Position numbers and translations under genes: made by a program
The notes under the pieces: generated by a model
Told to the model about the DNA's origin: nothing
Database searches by the model: none
The model's input: the letters and a program-made list of their open reading frames with translations, nothing else
Shown here: in pieces, positions 9,572 through 19,953 of the stretch
Layout of the letters: every line of letters begins with the position of its first letter
Numbering within the stretch: position 1 is the first letter of the stretch
From: Candidatus Latescibacterota bacterium
Lineage (GTDB): Bacteria; Latescibacterota; UBA2968; GCA-2709665
Assembly (NCBI GenBank): GCA_965203805.1
Contig: OZ241917.1
Location: 5,600,001 to 5,664,000 of the forward strand
Direction: 5' to 3'
Length of the DNA: 64,000 bases

Positions 9572-12500
9572 TCGGGTTCCTCCACGTCGTTCGCGAGCAA
9601 ACGGTAGCCGGAAAGCAGTGAATCCTCCTTCTTGCGCTCCCAGAGCTCGGTCCTTCTGGCCGCGCACAGGGTATCGAAATCGCAGAACCTGCAGTTTTCC
9701 GGGCCGCCGAACCCGTCCGGTCCCGGATTGGCGGGAAACACGCCGCCCTGAATGCCCGATACAATCGCTGACAGCGCGGCCTGGAACCGTGCCCGCACCG
9801 CGTCGTCCTCCAGATCGGAGTCCTCAGGAGGGTGAAACGCGAAACCGCCGCGGGTTGTCGTGAACCAGTAAGCGGCCCTGATTTCGCCGGCGCCGGTGAC
9901 GAACCGGCGGGCGGCCAGGGAGTACACGCTCAACTGGAGTCGCCTTCCCCGATCGATCGGGTCATTGCTCAACCGTTCGTACTGCCTGGCGCCGCCGGTC
10001 TTGTAGTCGATCACGAGGACAGAGCGCGACGTCGGGTTGACGTCGACCCGGTCGATGTACCCGCGAAATCGTACTCCGGTTCGGGGTTCCGTCACCTCCG
10101 GCGAGCCGCCGTGACCGAAACCCGCCTCGACCAGAACGTGACCGGTGCCGCAACGAGCACGGAGTTTCGCATCCTCTTCGATGAAGGTCTCCAGGTCGGC
10201 CCGGATGTCCTGCTTTTCCAGATTCCAGATCAGAGGTTTTCCCGTGACGCCACGCGACTCGGCGAGATCGAACTCCTCCCCTGCGATCCGAAACAACCTC
10301 CGGCGCAACGGGTCGCTCCATTCCGATCCTGGCGGCGGTAGCTTGTGTTCCTCAATGATCTCCGTCATGAACCGCTCCAGAATCCGGTGTATCAACGAAC
10401 CGCGTTCCAGGGGGGTCATGGAGGTCGTTTCTTCCGGCGCTTCGAGCGCGCTAAGTCTCAACACGTGGCCAAGGAAGTAGCTGAATGGACACCTGGCCCA
10501 ACTCTCCAGGCGCGTGGCCGAGACCGGCGCCCGGCGGAGTCCCCGCAGAAAATCCGCTTCTCGCGCGACAGATGACAGATCGCCGTCGAACTCCGTCAAC
10601 CGGCTCTGGTTCCGGCGTAGCGCCAACTTCGCGGCGTGGGCAAGAGTTCCCTCTCCGGAGAAGGGATGATCGAGAAGCGCAAATCCGCCCCGCCTCCACC
10701 GCAGGAGCCGGTGGAGTTGGTAGTCGTGCCGGTCGGCCGCGGCCGCGTCAGCGATAGTGACCAGCGCCTGTTCCGCCGACTCGTCGGCGGTTAACCACTC
10801 CCGATCCGGCAGCCGGCCCAGACCGCTTGCACGTACTGGTGAGCCCTCCATGATCGATGCCTGCTCGAGGAACCAGCGCGAGGGAAATGCTTCCCGTTGG
10901 GATGCTGGGTCGGCCACAGGATACGACAACTCACGGCGGGAGGACGCAGACGCAGCGGCGAGGTAGTCGTAGCGTTCCTCGGCGACCCTTTGCTTCAGGC
11001 GTGAGTCTCCCCCGGCGGCGTGCCAGTCCGATTCCGGCAGCAGGGGGTCGGGGCGAAACGGCGGCGGCATCCCGCCCTCGATCATGCCTACCATCCAGAC
11101 TCTCTCGAAGCGCATACCGGCTGCGCCGCGGACCGGGGACACGAACACGCCCGTTCCAATAGTCCCCAGGTGTCCGATCGTCGACCGCAGCGAATCCTCC
11201 ACAGTCTTCTTGAACTCGTCAAGCGTGGTCCCCGCGCGGATGCTTTCTGCGGCTTCGAGTTCCTCGATGGCGCGCCGGATCTTATCCAGGGAAGTCTTCT
11301 CATCGTCGGGGACGTCGCGGTCCAGGTCCAGATAGCGATTGAGGAGATCATTTGCCCACCGGCAGAACGCGCTCCAGGGACTTCCGTCCTTCGGCGGCTC
11401 GACGTCCGCCCGCAGTTTTTCGACGAAGGACGACACCTGGCGCGCGGCAGCAGCCTCGGACCTCATGCGTTCGGCGCGGGCTTCGGTTATCTCCTCCCCG
11501 GCAGCCAGTCGATGGGCCGCGTCGGTGAGTCGCTCCGCGTAATGGTTCAGCCGGTCTCGCCACTGCTCCGCACCCCGGACGATTCCCGCCTTTCGGGTGA
11601 GGGCGTCCCACCGGCTGGGGTTGAAGCCGGCAGCGGCCGCACCGGCGGGACGGACGGGACAGCCCGTCAGCCACGCCATGACGTCTTCACGCCGCATGTC
11701 GCTTCCGGACATCGCAAGCAGTCCGATTAGCGTACGTCCGGCGGCGGAGTCGGCCAGCGTCGACCTGTCCGGCCCCGCAACCGGAATCCGGGACATGCGC
11801 ATTTCGTCCAGGATGAGCGTGGCGTAAGGGTTGTCCATCCGGTATAGAACGGCCATCCGGTGGAAGGGAATTCCATCTTCCTCAGCTTCGCGGACGATTC
11901 GCCGAATCACCCACCTCAGTTCCTCGTGGGCATTGGGCGCGATATGCATTTTGGCATTGCGGGACAACAGCGGCATTGCGGCGTCGTCCTGAACGGCAGG
12001 AACGGGTTCTCCAAGCACGGGTACGAGCGCTTTTTTCAGCATGTCGACGGGTCTGTCGGCCGTCGCGTCGCCCGTCATTCCAAGGAGAACGTAGCATCGA
12101 CGTTGTTCTGCGAGAACCTGTACGAGCTTCGTCTCCGACGGGCCGGCGTCACGCGGAAGAAAAAATACGATTGTGCCAAGGTCCTCGAGGCCGGGGAGTT
12201 CGCCGTGAGTGGCGGCTTCTGCAGCCGCATGCGCCAGGTCTTCCGAATCGTACCACTCGCTACGGGTGTTTCGGCGGAATTCGCGAAATAACCGGACAAC
12301 TTCGCCGCACGCGCTACCCTTTTCCTGCAACCTGGCGAGAACGTCGTCGGCGACCCTCCGCAGTTCGGAGAATGACTGTCTTAGACTGGCCTGCGTCGCC
12401 GGATGTTGTCTGACATCCCTCAAACGTTCCGTGGCCCCGTCCAGCGAATCTCGGACCAAGACGCCTTCCAGGACTGCCGGAAGCGGCTTGCGGCCCGCCC

Positions 12501-12765
12501 GCGCAAGGGCCGCCGCTCCGAGAAGCTCCGACAACATCGGCATGACAACGAACCGGACATTGACGAAACTGCTGCGCCCCAACTCCTGGCGAAGGCTGAG
12601 GTTCACGTAGCTCGACGGACCGACCACGGTAACGGGAGCCAGCGCATCACCGCCCTTCGCTTCTCGAACCAACCGCCAGAGCGTCTCTCTCAACGCCGGC
12701 GACTGCCGTCCCGTGATCAATCTTCCCCGGTTCGGTGGCTTTGTGTACTTTGGGTCTGCCTGCAA
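9568..12765 (-). CDS. addB: AddB-like inactive helicase with PD-(D/E)XK nuclease and Fe-S cysteines
   Basis: SATRLESWARCPF, RGYIDRVD..VIDYKTG and CRFCDFDTLC; translationally coupled to the addA-like gene. Confidence 0.85.
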   Translation of the reverse strand: MQADPKYTKPPNRGRLITGRQSPALRETLWRLVREAKGGDALAPVTVVGPSSYVNLSLRQELGRSSFVNVRFVVMPMLSELLGAAALARAGRKPLPAVLEGVLVRDSLDGATERLRDVRQHPATQASLRQSFSELRRVADDVLARLQEKGSACGEVVRLFREFRRNTRSEWYDSEDLAHAAAEAATHGELPGLEDLGTIVFFLPRDAGPSETKLVQVLAEQRRCYVLLGMTGDATADRPVDMLKKALVPVLGEPVPAVQDDAAMPLLSRNAKMHIAPNAHEELRWVIRRIVREAEEDGIPFHRMAVLYRMDNPYATLILDEMRMSRIPVAGPDRSTLADSAAGRTLIGLLAMSGSDMRREDVMAWLTGCPVRPAGAAAAGFNPSRWDALTRKAGIVRGAEQWRDRLNHYAERLTDAAHRLAAGEEITEARAERMRSEAAAARQVSSFVEKLRADVEPPKDGSPWSAFCRWANDLLNRYLDLDRDVPDDEKTSLDKIRRAIEELEAAESIRAGTTLDEFKKTVEDSLRSTIGHLGTIGTGVFVSPVRGAAGMRFERVWMVGMIEGGMPPPFRPDPLLPESDWHAAGGDSRLKQRVAEERYDYLAAASASSRRELSYPVADPASQREAFPSRWFLEQASIMEGSPVRASGLGRLPDREWLTADESAEQALVTIADAAAADRHDYQLHRLLRWRRGGFALLDHPFSGEGTLAHAAKLALRRNQSRLTEFDGDLSSVAREADFLRGLRRAPVSATRLESWARCPFSYFLGHVLRLSALEAPEETTSMTPLERGSLIHRILERFMTEIIEEHKLPPPGSEWSDPLRRRLFRIAGEEFDLAESRGVTGKPLIWNLEKQDIRADLETFIEEDAKLRARCGTGHVLVEAGFGHGGSPEVTEPRTGVRFRGYIDRVDVNPTSRSVLVIDYKTGGARQYERLSNDPIDRGRRLQLSVYSLAARRFVTGAGEIRAAYWFTTTRGGFAFHPPEDSDLEDDAVRARFQAALSAIVSGIQGGVFPANPGPDGFGGPENCRFCDFDTLCAARRTELWERKKEDSLLSGYRLLANDVEEPE

Positions 12766-13224
12766 GATCTGTCCTTCCTCGGAATGGACCGCTCAATTGG
12801 AGATTGGGTTGGTTACGTCGATAATTTACTATCTTTATTGAATTTATGGAATACCTTCAGCTTGTGCAGGATACAACTCGGCAGATCCAATGCGGCCTTC
12901 GACTCGGCAAGTGGGAAGGCGTCAGTCCGCTATCGAGGGCAGAAACGAGAAACCACCCGTCGCGGAAGTAAAGTAACGTCGAGTCGTGCATTGTTGTCAA
13001 TTGCAATCACGACGTCGATAACACCGAAACAGGGGTGGCGCTCCGCCGGATGACGATTTGGCGCAGTCTGTCTCTGATCCTTGAAAGCAACCATGGGGCG
13101 GCTCACAAATCCATTTGACTCGTGCCGCTTACCATTGACGACGCCTTCGCTTGACGTTATTTTGCTCTGCAGGATTGCGAGTCCGGATCGAACACAATGG
13201 ACAGTTTAAGACATCGAGGTCTCC

Positions 13225-14013
13225 ATGAATCTGAATCTGAACGGAAAAGTCGCGCTTGTCACGGGCGGGAACCGCGGGATCGGTCTCGCGACAGCGATGG
13301 GCCTGGCGAAGGAGGGGTGCGACGTTGCGGTCTGCGCCCGGCGGCAGGAGACGTTGGAAGAGGCAGCGGCGAAAATCGAGGCGCTCGGCGTCCGCGTTGC
13401 GCCCATCCGGGCGGACGTGCAGGACGCGGAAGACGCGGCGCGGTTTGTGGAGGAATCCGCTGCACGGCTTGGCGGGATCGATATTCTCATCAACAACGTG
13501 GGCGGCCGGTCCGGCGACCGGCTGATGGATTCGACCGACGAGGACTGGGTGGAGACCTTCGACAAGAACGTGTTCCATGGCGTACGGCTGACCCGGCTTG
13601 TGGTTCCTCATATGCGGGCGCGGGGCGGCGGTTCGGTGGTGTTCATCTCGTCCATATCGGGATGGATACCGCAGCTGAGCGGCGCGGTTCAGTACGGCGC
13701 GTCCAAGGCCGCCCAAATCTTCATGGCCGAACCCATGGCGCTCGAACTGGTGCACGACCGTATCCGCGTGAACGTGGTATCGCCGGGGTCGATCATTTTC
13801 GAAGGCGGCGGCTGGGACGGTATGCGTCAGGAAAAACCGGAGGTGTTCGCCGCTTACGAGAGAGATGGATTTCCCATGGGCGGTCTAGGATCTCCGGATG
13901 ACGTCGCCGACGTGGTTGTGTTCCTAGCGTCGGACCGCGCCCGCTGGGTGAACGGCGAAAACGTCCGCGCGGACGGCCTCGAACAGCCGGTCCCCGCGGT
14001 GCGGCCGTGGTAG
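13225..14013 (+). CDS. Short-chain dehydrogenase/reductase
   Basis: TGGNRGIG, INNVG, YGASK. Confidence 0.95.
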   Translation: MNLNLNGKVALVTGGNRGIGLATAMGLAKEGCDVAVCARRQETLEEAAAKIEALGVRVAPIRADVQDAEDAARFVEESAARLGGIDILINNVGGRSGDRLMDSTDEDWVETFDKNVFHGVRLTRLVVPHMRARGGGSVVFISSISGWIPQLSGAVQYGASKAAQIFMAEPMALELVHDRIRVNVVSPGSIIFEGGGWDGMRQEKPEVFAAYERDGFPMGGLGSPDDVADVVVFLASDRARWVNGENVRADGLEQPVPAVRPW

Positions 14014-14024
14014 ACGCGTAGCAA

Positions 14025-14699
14025 ATGAGGAAATGCGATACGATGGAGCCGGACGAAGACCTGGACGCGAGGCGGTCGAGGACGCGGGCGATCATCGGAA
14101 AGTTAAAGGGCATCTATCCTGACGCCGAATGTTCGCTGTCTTACGAGAATCCGCTACAGTTGCTGATCGCCACGATGCTCTCGGCACAGTGTACCGACGA
14201 ACGCGTCAATATGGTGACGCCCGGTCTCTTCGAGCGGTGTCCGACGGCCGTGGATTATGCCGATGCGCCCGTGGAAGAATTGGAGGATCTGATCCGCTCG
14301 ACCGGTTTTTTTCGCAACAAAGCGCGTAACATCCAGGGGTGCTGCCGGGCGCTGGTGGAAAACCACGGCGGAGAGGTGCCGCGGACTCTGGATGAACTGG
14401 TGGCTCTCGACGGCGTTGGAAGAAAGACCGCCAACGTCGTTCTGGGCAACGCGTTCGGCATTGCCGAAGGCGTGGTCGTGGACACGCACGTGCGACGGAT
14501 TTCCAATCGACTCGGCCTGACCCGCAGGCAGGACCCTGTCAAAATCGAACAGGACCTGATCGCGCTGGTACCGAAGAAAGACTGGGTGGACCTGCCGCAT
14601 CTGTTCATTCATCACGGACGGGCGATCTGCAGCGCGCGGTCGCCGGATTGCGACGCATGCGGTGTCGGCGCGCTGTGTCCTTCACAGGGCCGGGCCTGA
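14025..14699 (+). CDS. nth: Endonuclease III
   Basis: LSAQCTDERVN, LDGVGRKTANVV, VDTHVRR and C-x6-C-x2-C-x5-C. Confidence 0.95.
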   Translation: MRKCDTMEPDEDLDARRSRTRAIIGKLKGIYPDAECSLSYENPLQLLIATMLSAQCTDERVNMVTPGLFERCPTAVDYADAPVEELEDLIRSTGFFRNKARNIQGCCRALVENHGGEVPRTLDELVALDGVGRKTANVVLGNAFGIAEGVVVDTHVRRISNRLGLTRRQDPVKIEQDLIALVPKKDWVDLPHLFIHHGRAICSARSPDCDACGVGALCPSQGRA

Positions 14700-15030
14700 C
14701 GACTTCCACCGTGTGATTCGGTGGCTCCGCGTTCCGGATTCCCACGCCACGGGAAGTGTCGGCCGGCGTCTTCCCCACTGACAGGAATTGTGGGTTTTTT
14801 TCGAATTTGGGGCTTGACTTTCGATATTCGGAACGATAAATTTTCGTCCGAAAAATTCAGGACGCATTCGAAGATTGGCCGGGATTGTCCTACGCCGACG
14901 TTACATGCTGCCCACCGAACAATCGGTTGTTTCGCGAAGGCGCCGGTGCATTTCGCGCAGCAGGGCCTGAACCAAATCGGGTGCAGGTGATACGATACCA
15001 CGGTCTGGCGCCTGGGAGATCAAAGGGAAT

Positions 15031-15465
15031 ATGGCTGAGAAACTGACTCCTGAAAAGCTGGCGTTTTACCAGAAGCTGCTGCTGGATCGAAAGAAAGATC
15101 TGCTGAAACAGACCAGCCTGGAAGATGCCGACATTGACGAACTCAGAAAAGACCGTTCGGCGGATCCTTTCGATATGGCAGGGAACGCAACTTCTCTGGA
15201 GTTGATGGCGACCCTGGGTAATAACGAACGGCGCGAGCTGGCCGAGATCGATCATGCGCTGGGCAAGATCGAAGACGGAACCTACGGCATCTGCGAAGTG
15301 TCGGGGGAGATGATCGGCGAGATGCGCCTGGAAGCCATTCCCACGGCCCGTTATACCATGCAGGTCCAGCAGGAGAGAGAGCGAAATCCTCAGGTTGTCG
15401 ACCGTCCGAGGCGTCGGGCGATCTCTGCCGAAGACCTGCCCATGAGTGGAGACGAAGATACCTGA
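15031..15465 (+). CDS. dksA: DksA/TraR-family RNA polymerase-binding factor lacking three of four Zn cysteines
   Basis: DPFDMA coiled-coil tip and GTYGICEVSGEMI..RLEAIPTARYTMQVQ. Confidence 0.85.
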   Translation: MAEKLTPEKLAFYQKLLLDRKKDLLKQTSLEDADIDELRKDRSADPFDMAGNATSLELMATLGNNERRELAEIDHALGKIEDGTYGICEVSGEMIGEMRLEAIPTARYTMQVQQERERNPQVVDRPRRRAISAEDLPMSGDEDT

Positions 15466-15489
15466 GATGGAGCGAGATGGGAGCAAAAG

Positions 15490-15518
15490 AGGCGATTCTG
15501 AGCGGGATCGCCTTTTTT
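15490..15518 (+). terminator. Rho-independent terminator after dksA
   Basis: AGGCGATTC-loop-GGATCGCC followed by T6. Confidence 0.7.
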
Positions 15519-15629
15519 CGTGGCGGGTCCGGATGCGTGCGCGCGTGAACCAGGTCGGGGTAATTGAAGAAAATAAAACGAGACGGGTTTCGGTTCGAAC
15601 CAAGATCGTATCGGGAGACCGGTGAAGCG

Positions 15630-16592
15630 ATGATTGACAAGAAACAGATCGTTCGACAGCTGGATATGCTGCGAGAACTCGCATCGCGAAGATATGGCGC
15701 GACGATCCAGGAACTTGAGAGGCATTTCGAGGTATCGCGGAGGACAATTGAGCGCGACCTTGGAGACCTTGGCGAGGCCGGGTTTCCACTGCTACCGGAA
15801 AAACAAGGCCGCCAAAACACCTGGAGACTCCTTCACGACAAGGAGATTCCTCCCCTTAACTTCCCTGCAGGCGAACTCATTGCCATGACCTATATCGGCG
15901 GAATCATCGAGGAGTCGCCCTTTAAGACCGAATATCAGAAAAGCCTGAACAGGATCCGGGCAACGCTGCCGGAAAAGATGCGCGTATTCCTGGAACAGGC
16001 GGCCTATCATCCGCATATTCGCGGACAGAAGGCTCAAGTAACACCTGAGGTATTTCGTAGAGCACAAGAGGCAATCGCGGAGCGCAAGCTCTGTAACGTG
16101 ACTTACCGTGCTATGAGTACCGGTGAAAGCAAGACCTATCCTATTCTGCCGTTCAGGTTTCTGTACCATTACGACGGTGTATATCTGCTCTGCCGCAATC
16201 CGAAATATGGGAATTTACTGACCCTCGCCGCGGAGCGGATTCAGGATATCCGGATCACGTCCCAGGTGTTTGACGCGGCGGAAGAATCTGATATTGAAGA
16301 GCAACTCAACCAGGCATTCGGTGTCGTTCTTGAAGCACCGATCGAGGTTAGCGTCCGCTTCTCGCCATCCCAGGCGCCGTATATCAGACAACGGATATGG
16401 CACCCCACCCAGGAGATCGAGGAATTGGACGACGACGGGATCATTCTTCACTTTCGCGCAGGTGGCCTCTATGAGATCAAGTCGTGGATTCTGAGCCACG
16501 GCGCAAGCGCCGAAGTCCTGGCGCCATCGTCCTTGCGTGCCGAAATTTCCGAGGAACTTGAAAAAAATCTGAGATCTTACAAAAAAACCTGA
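15630..16592 (+). CDS. wHTH-WYL-WCX transcriptional regulator (PafB/DriD/YafY-like)
   Basis: ELERHFEVSRRTIERDL HTH, WYL region (YPILPF..GVYLL..AERI) and C-terminal WILSHGASAEVLAPSSLR. Confidence 0.9.
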   Translation: MIDKKQIVRQLDMLRELASRRYGATIQELERHFEVSRRTIERDLGDLGEAGFPLLPEKQGRQNTWRLLHDKEIPPLNFPAGELIAMTYIGGIIEESPFKTEYQKSLNRIRATLPEKMRVFLEQAAYHPHIRGQKAQVTPEVFRRAQEAIAERKLCNVTYRAMSTGESKTYPILPFRFLYHYDGVYLLCRNPKYGNLLTLAAERIQDIRITSQVFDAAEESDIEEQLNQAFGVVLEAPIEVSVRFSPSQAPYIRQRIWHPTQEIEELDDDGIILHFRAGGLYEIKSWILSHGASAEVLAPSSLRAEISEELEKNLRSYKKT

Positions 16593-16596
16593 CTAC

Positions 16597-16631
16597 ATGC
16601 GACGCGGTTTGTCGTATATCCTGTTTAACTT
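16597..16631 (+). promoter_or_regulatory. Putative WYL-regulator operator/promoter of the AAA ATPase gene
   Basis: ATGCGAC-N7-GTCGTAT pseudo-palindrome; its right half continues as TGTCGT-N10-TAACTT. Confidence 0.7.
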
Positions 16632-16745
16632 GAGGCGTGTTCATTGGAAACACGCCTCTTTTTGTTGCCCTGCGTCCGGAATGGCACGGCGAAGGCGTCG
16701 ACAGTCGAACCTTGGAAATCGAATTGCAGGAGAGGATCTCAATCA

Positions 16746-19532
16746 ATGGACCCACGGGAACTCAGGGAACTGTCTTCGAGAAGTGGACATTTTTCGTCCG
16801 CCAGCGAATACAGTGTGTATATCTCGCGCACCTACCTGCTGAACATATTCCGTGCTGCCCAGTTCAACCGAAGCATTCGGTCGGACCTCGTTGACTGGTT
16901 GGAGGATGACGAGACCACTCCAAAGCTCCTGAATGTCGGTTGGATTGTTCAAGACGGACACAAAAAAAGGGCAGTTATCAGAAACATCAAGCGTGCTGTT
17001 CAGGATCTCGAGCAGAAGACCGTAAGGCCACCTGAATCGGCCCCCGACACTACTGCAACCCGACTGGTCGTCGAACGTTTTTCGCTTAGCCCCGCGGCCG
17101 CCGCGCTACTCGAACTGGCGCACAGCTATAGCCATTGTTCTCCCACTAAAGAGATTTGGGACGCATTCTGCCACTCATGTTCAAGTTCGGTTGATAGACT
17201 GGAAGTCTTCCTGGGGCGCCCGCGACTCGAGATCGAGAGGGGTCTCAGAGAACTCGCTAGCTCCGGTATCACAGATTGGCGGACGGGCACGCGACCGAAC
17301 AAATACCACGATCCGGACGACCTCATAGAAGATTGGTTCTACGAAGTATGGTATCCGCCAGTGCGGGATATGGAAGAATTGACTGCTCGCCTGGTCGGTG
17401 AACCCTGTGTTGCCCGATTGTGTTTCGATGACTTCGCCCACGTCACAGAACGCAAGACCGTTCGCCGAACTTTGAGTGCAGTAATGCTCCAGCGATCCAA
17501 CGGCGCGCCGGTAAGGGGCGTCAACATCCTGCTCGTGGGTCGGGCGGGTACTGGCAAGACCGAATTCGCAAAGACGATCGCAGCGACATCCGGCTTGACA
17601 CTCTATTCCGTTGGGGAAATGGGAAATGGTGACGAAGAATCCTGCGATACCGACAACGACAGGCGCGCCGACCGTCGCAATGAACTGCGCATGGCGCAAA
17701 CACTGCTTCAGACCATGCCCGAAGCCGCGATTTTGTGCGACGAGGCGGAGGACGCGCTGGAGTCCACCAGCGGCTCCCGCCTCGTCAACCACCGGATGAT
17801 GGAGGAAAATCCCGTTCCGGTGATTTACACCGCGAACAGTTTAAAAGACCTGGACGAGAGCATGCTCCGGCGTTTCACGATGGTCGTCAGATTTAGGGCC
17901 CACGGCCCGACGCGTCAGGCTGCCATTTTAGGCCGAATGCTGGCCGAAAGCGGCATCGAGCGCGTCGATCCGGACGCATGCGCCAGGAAACTCGTCGACC
18001 GACTTGAGTGCCCCCCGGGGGTCGTGGCCAAAGCCATCGAGACGACGCGTCTGGTCGGCGGCACGGAGGCGGATCTCTACGAATTCTGCGAACGGTCCGA
18101 ACGCACCATCGCCGCACATAAAGCGCGCCCGCGTCTGGGGCCACCGATTGGGGCTGCGTTGCCGTGGAATGCGTTTTCGCACCTGGGGCCTACAGCCGAA
18201 GACGTGAGACAGACCCTTGCGGCCGCGATGGATTCGAAGCCAGGAGGCATCAATGTCCTCTTGTACGGACCTCCGGGAACCGGGAAAACCGAATTTGCAC
18301 GTACGCTCTGCGGCGAAGTGGGTGCACGCATGTACGCGATCGGCGACAATAAAGTTGGTTCCGAGACGCGTGTTGCCGTATCCCGTACGAAAACACTCGA
18401 TTATGCGCTGGAGTCATTGGCCGACGAGCCCGACTCGGTGATTTTCTTCGATGAAATGGAGGACTTCGACAGCGTGGAGAAACACTGGCTGAATCGCATC
18501 GTCGAAGAAAATCCGGTGCCCATCATCTGGGCGTGCAACTCGATTGGCTTCTACCGGATGATTCAGCCGTTCTTCATCGACCGGATGATGCACGCGATCG
18601 AATTCCACCGCATGTCCGTCGGCGCGAGGAAGCGTGTGTTCTCCGGTATTCTCACCAATGCACAGGTGCCTGATCCGGAAGCACGGCGATTTGCGACGGA
18701 ACTGGCGCACGACGACAGAATAACCCCCAGGCACCTGGCTCTGGCCGCACATCAGGCGGCTATGATCGCGGGGAACGCGGATGTCATCCGGCGCAATATT
18801 GAACAAAAAGTGAAACTGCGTTACGGCGTCCGTCCGGTCGAAAGCGTCCCCATCGAGAACTACAACCTGTCTCTGGTCAACGCGGATACGAATCTGGAAG
18901 CATTGACCGCACGGATGGTTGGAATCGGCCCGAAGCGTTTCGCGCTTTGTCTGTACGGCCCGCCCGGAACCGGGAAGACGGCTTTTGTGCGCCACATTGC
19001 AGAACGAATGGGAATGGAATTGTTGCCGAAACGAGCCTCGGATCTGCTCAGCATGTGGGTGGGGCAAACGGAACAGCAGATGGCCGCAGCCTTTGCTGAA
19101 GCTATTGAGACAGGCTCATTCCTTGTATTCGACGAGGCCGACTCCCTCCTGATGGACCGGGAGCACGCCGTGCGGTCGTGGGAAACCAGCATGGTTAATG
19201 AGTTGCTCAGCCAGATGGAGCGGCACCCGCTTCCCTTCGCCTGCACGACGAATCGGCGGGAAGCGCTCGATCCGGCGGCCGCCCGCCGCTTCATGTTCAG
19301 GGTCGAGTTCTTCTACATGGATAGACAGCGCGTCGAAAGGGCTTTCAGGTTCTTCTATGGCTGTGAAGCGCCCGTGGAGGCACTTGCGCTGAACAAACTC
19401 ACGCCCGCGGATTTCGCAAATGTCCGCGAGCGTGCGAAGATCATGAATTTTCTCAACGATCCGGAGCGTATCGGCCGCGAACTCGCGGAAGAGTGCCACG
19501 CGAAGCCGGGCGGCTCACCGGTGGGCTTCTGA
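16746..19532 (+). CDS. AAA+ ATPase with three ATPase modules
   Basis: Walker A GRAGTGKT, GPPGTGKT, GPPGTGKT; Walker B ILCDE, IFFDE, LVFDE; ends PVGF; AGGAGAGG RBS before ATG 16746. Confidence 0.9.
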   Translation: MDPRELRELSSRSGHFSSASEYSVYISRTYLLNIFRAAQFNRSIRSDLVDWLEDDETTPKLLNVGWIVQDGHKKRAVIRNIKRAVQDLEQKTVRPPESAPDTTATRLVVERFSLSPAAAALLELAHSYSHCSPTKEIWDAFCHSCSSSVDRLEVFLGRPRLEIERGLRELASSGITDWRTGTRPNKYHDPDDLIEDWFYEVWYPPVRDMEELTARLVGEPCVARLCFDDFAHVTERKTVRRTLSAVMLQRSNGAPVRGVNILLVGRAGTGKTEFAKTIAATSGLTLYSVGEMGNGDEESCDTDNDRRADRRNELRMAQTLLQTMPEAAILCDEAEDALESTSGSRLVNHRMMEENPVPVIYTANSLKDLDESMLRRFTMVVRFRAHGPTRQAAILGRMLAESGIERVDPDACARKLVDRLECPPGVVAKAIETTRLVGGTEADLYEFCERSERTIAAHKARPRLGPPIGAALPWNAFSHLGPTAEDVRQTLAAAMDSKPGGINVLLYGPPGTGKTEFARTLCGEVGARMYAIGDNKVGSETRVAVSRTKTLDYALESLADEPDSVIFFDEMEDFDSVEKHWLNRIVEENPVPIIWACNSIGFYRMIQPFFIDRMMHAIEFHRMSVGARKRVFSGILTNAQVPDPEARRFATELAHDDRITPRHLALAAHQAAMIAGNADVIRRNIEQKVKLRYGVRPVESVPIENYNLSLVNADTNLEALTARMVGIGPKRFALCLYGPPGTGKTAFVRHIAERMGMELLPKRASDLLSMWVGQTEQQMAAAFAEAIETGSFLVFDEADSLLMDREHAVRSWETSMVNELLSQMERHPLPFACTTNRREALDPAAARRFMFRVEFFYMDRQRVERAFRFFYGCEAPVEALALNKLTPADFANVRERAKIMNFLNDPERIGRELAEECHAKPGGSPVGF

Positions 19533-19953
19533 TGGCTGGCTGCGACGGATTCATCCGGTGCAATCGTGTATGCACTCAAGCCGAAGAAAGTGAGTTTCAA
19601 ATAACATTTTAATTAACAGTAAATTATTTAGAAAGAAGATTAAGCTCAATTCGAAAAAAGACAACCGATAAACTGGCCACAAAAAGCACAAAATACACAA
19701 AGGGAATCGGTGCAAGACGACATGTGTCGCAACGCCCTGACCTTGCAGATATTTCCTTGTCTTTCGGCTATACGCCCTGGAACAGGATGGCTGTTTTTGA
19801 GCCTCTTATGGCAATTTGCCGTAATTCGAAAAATCCAGCAATCCGAAACCGTGGAGAAAACTCCCGCTAAATGACGAATCAAGGTTAGAGGAAGACCCTG
19901 GAAAAGGGCGTCTGTGGATCGACATTCTCTGTGGGCAAAGACCGGGAGGAAAG

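Noticed and set aside
6472-13053. Many plus-strand ORFs opposite addAB
   Set aside because: Shadow ORFs typical of high-GC coding DNA; no motifs.
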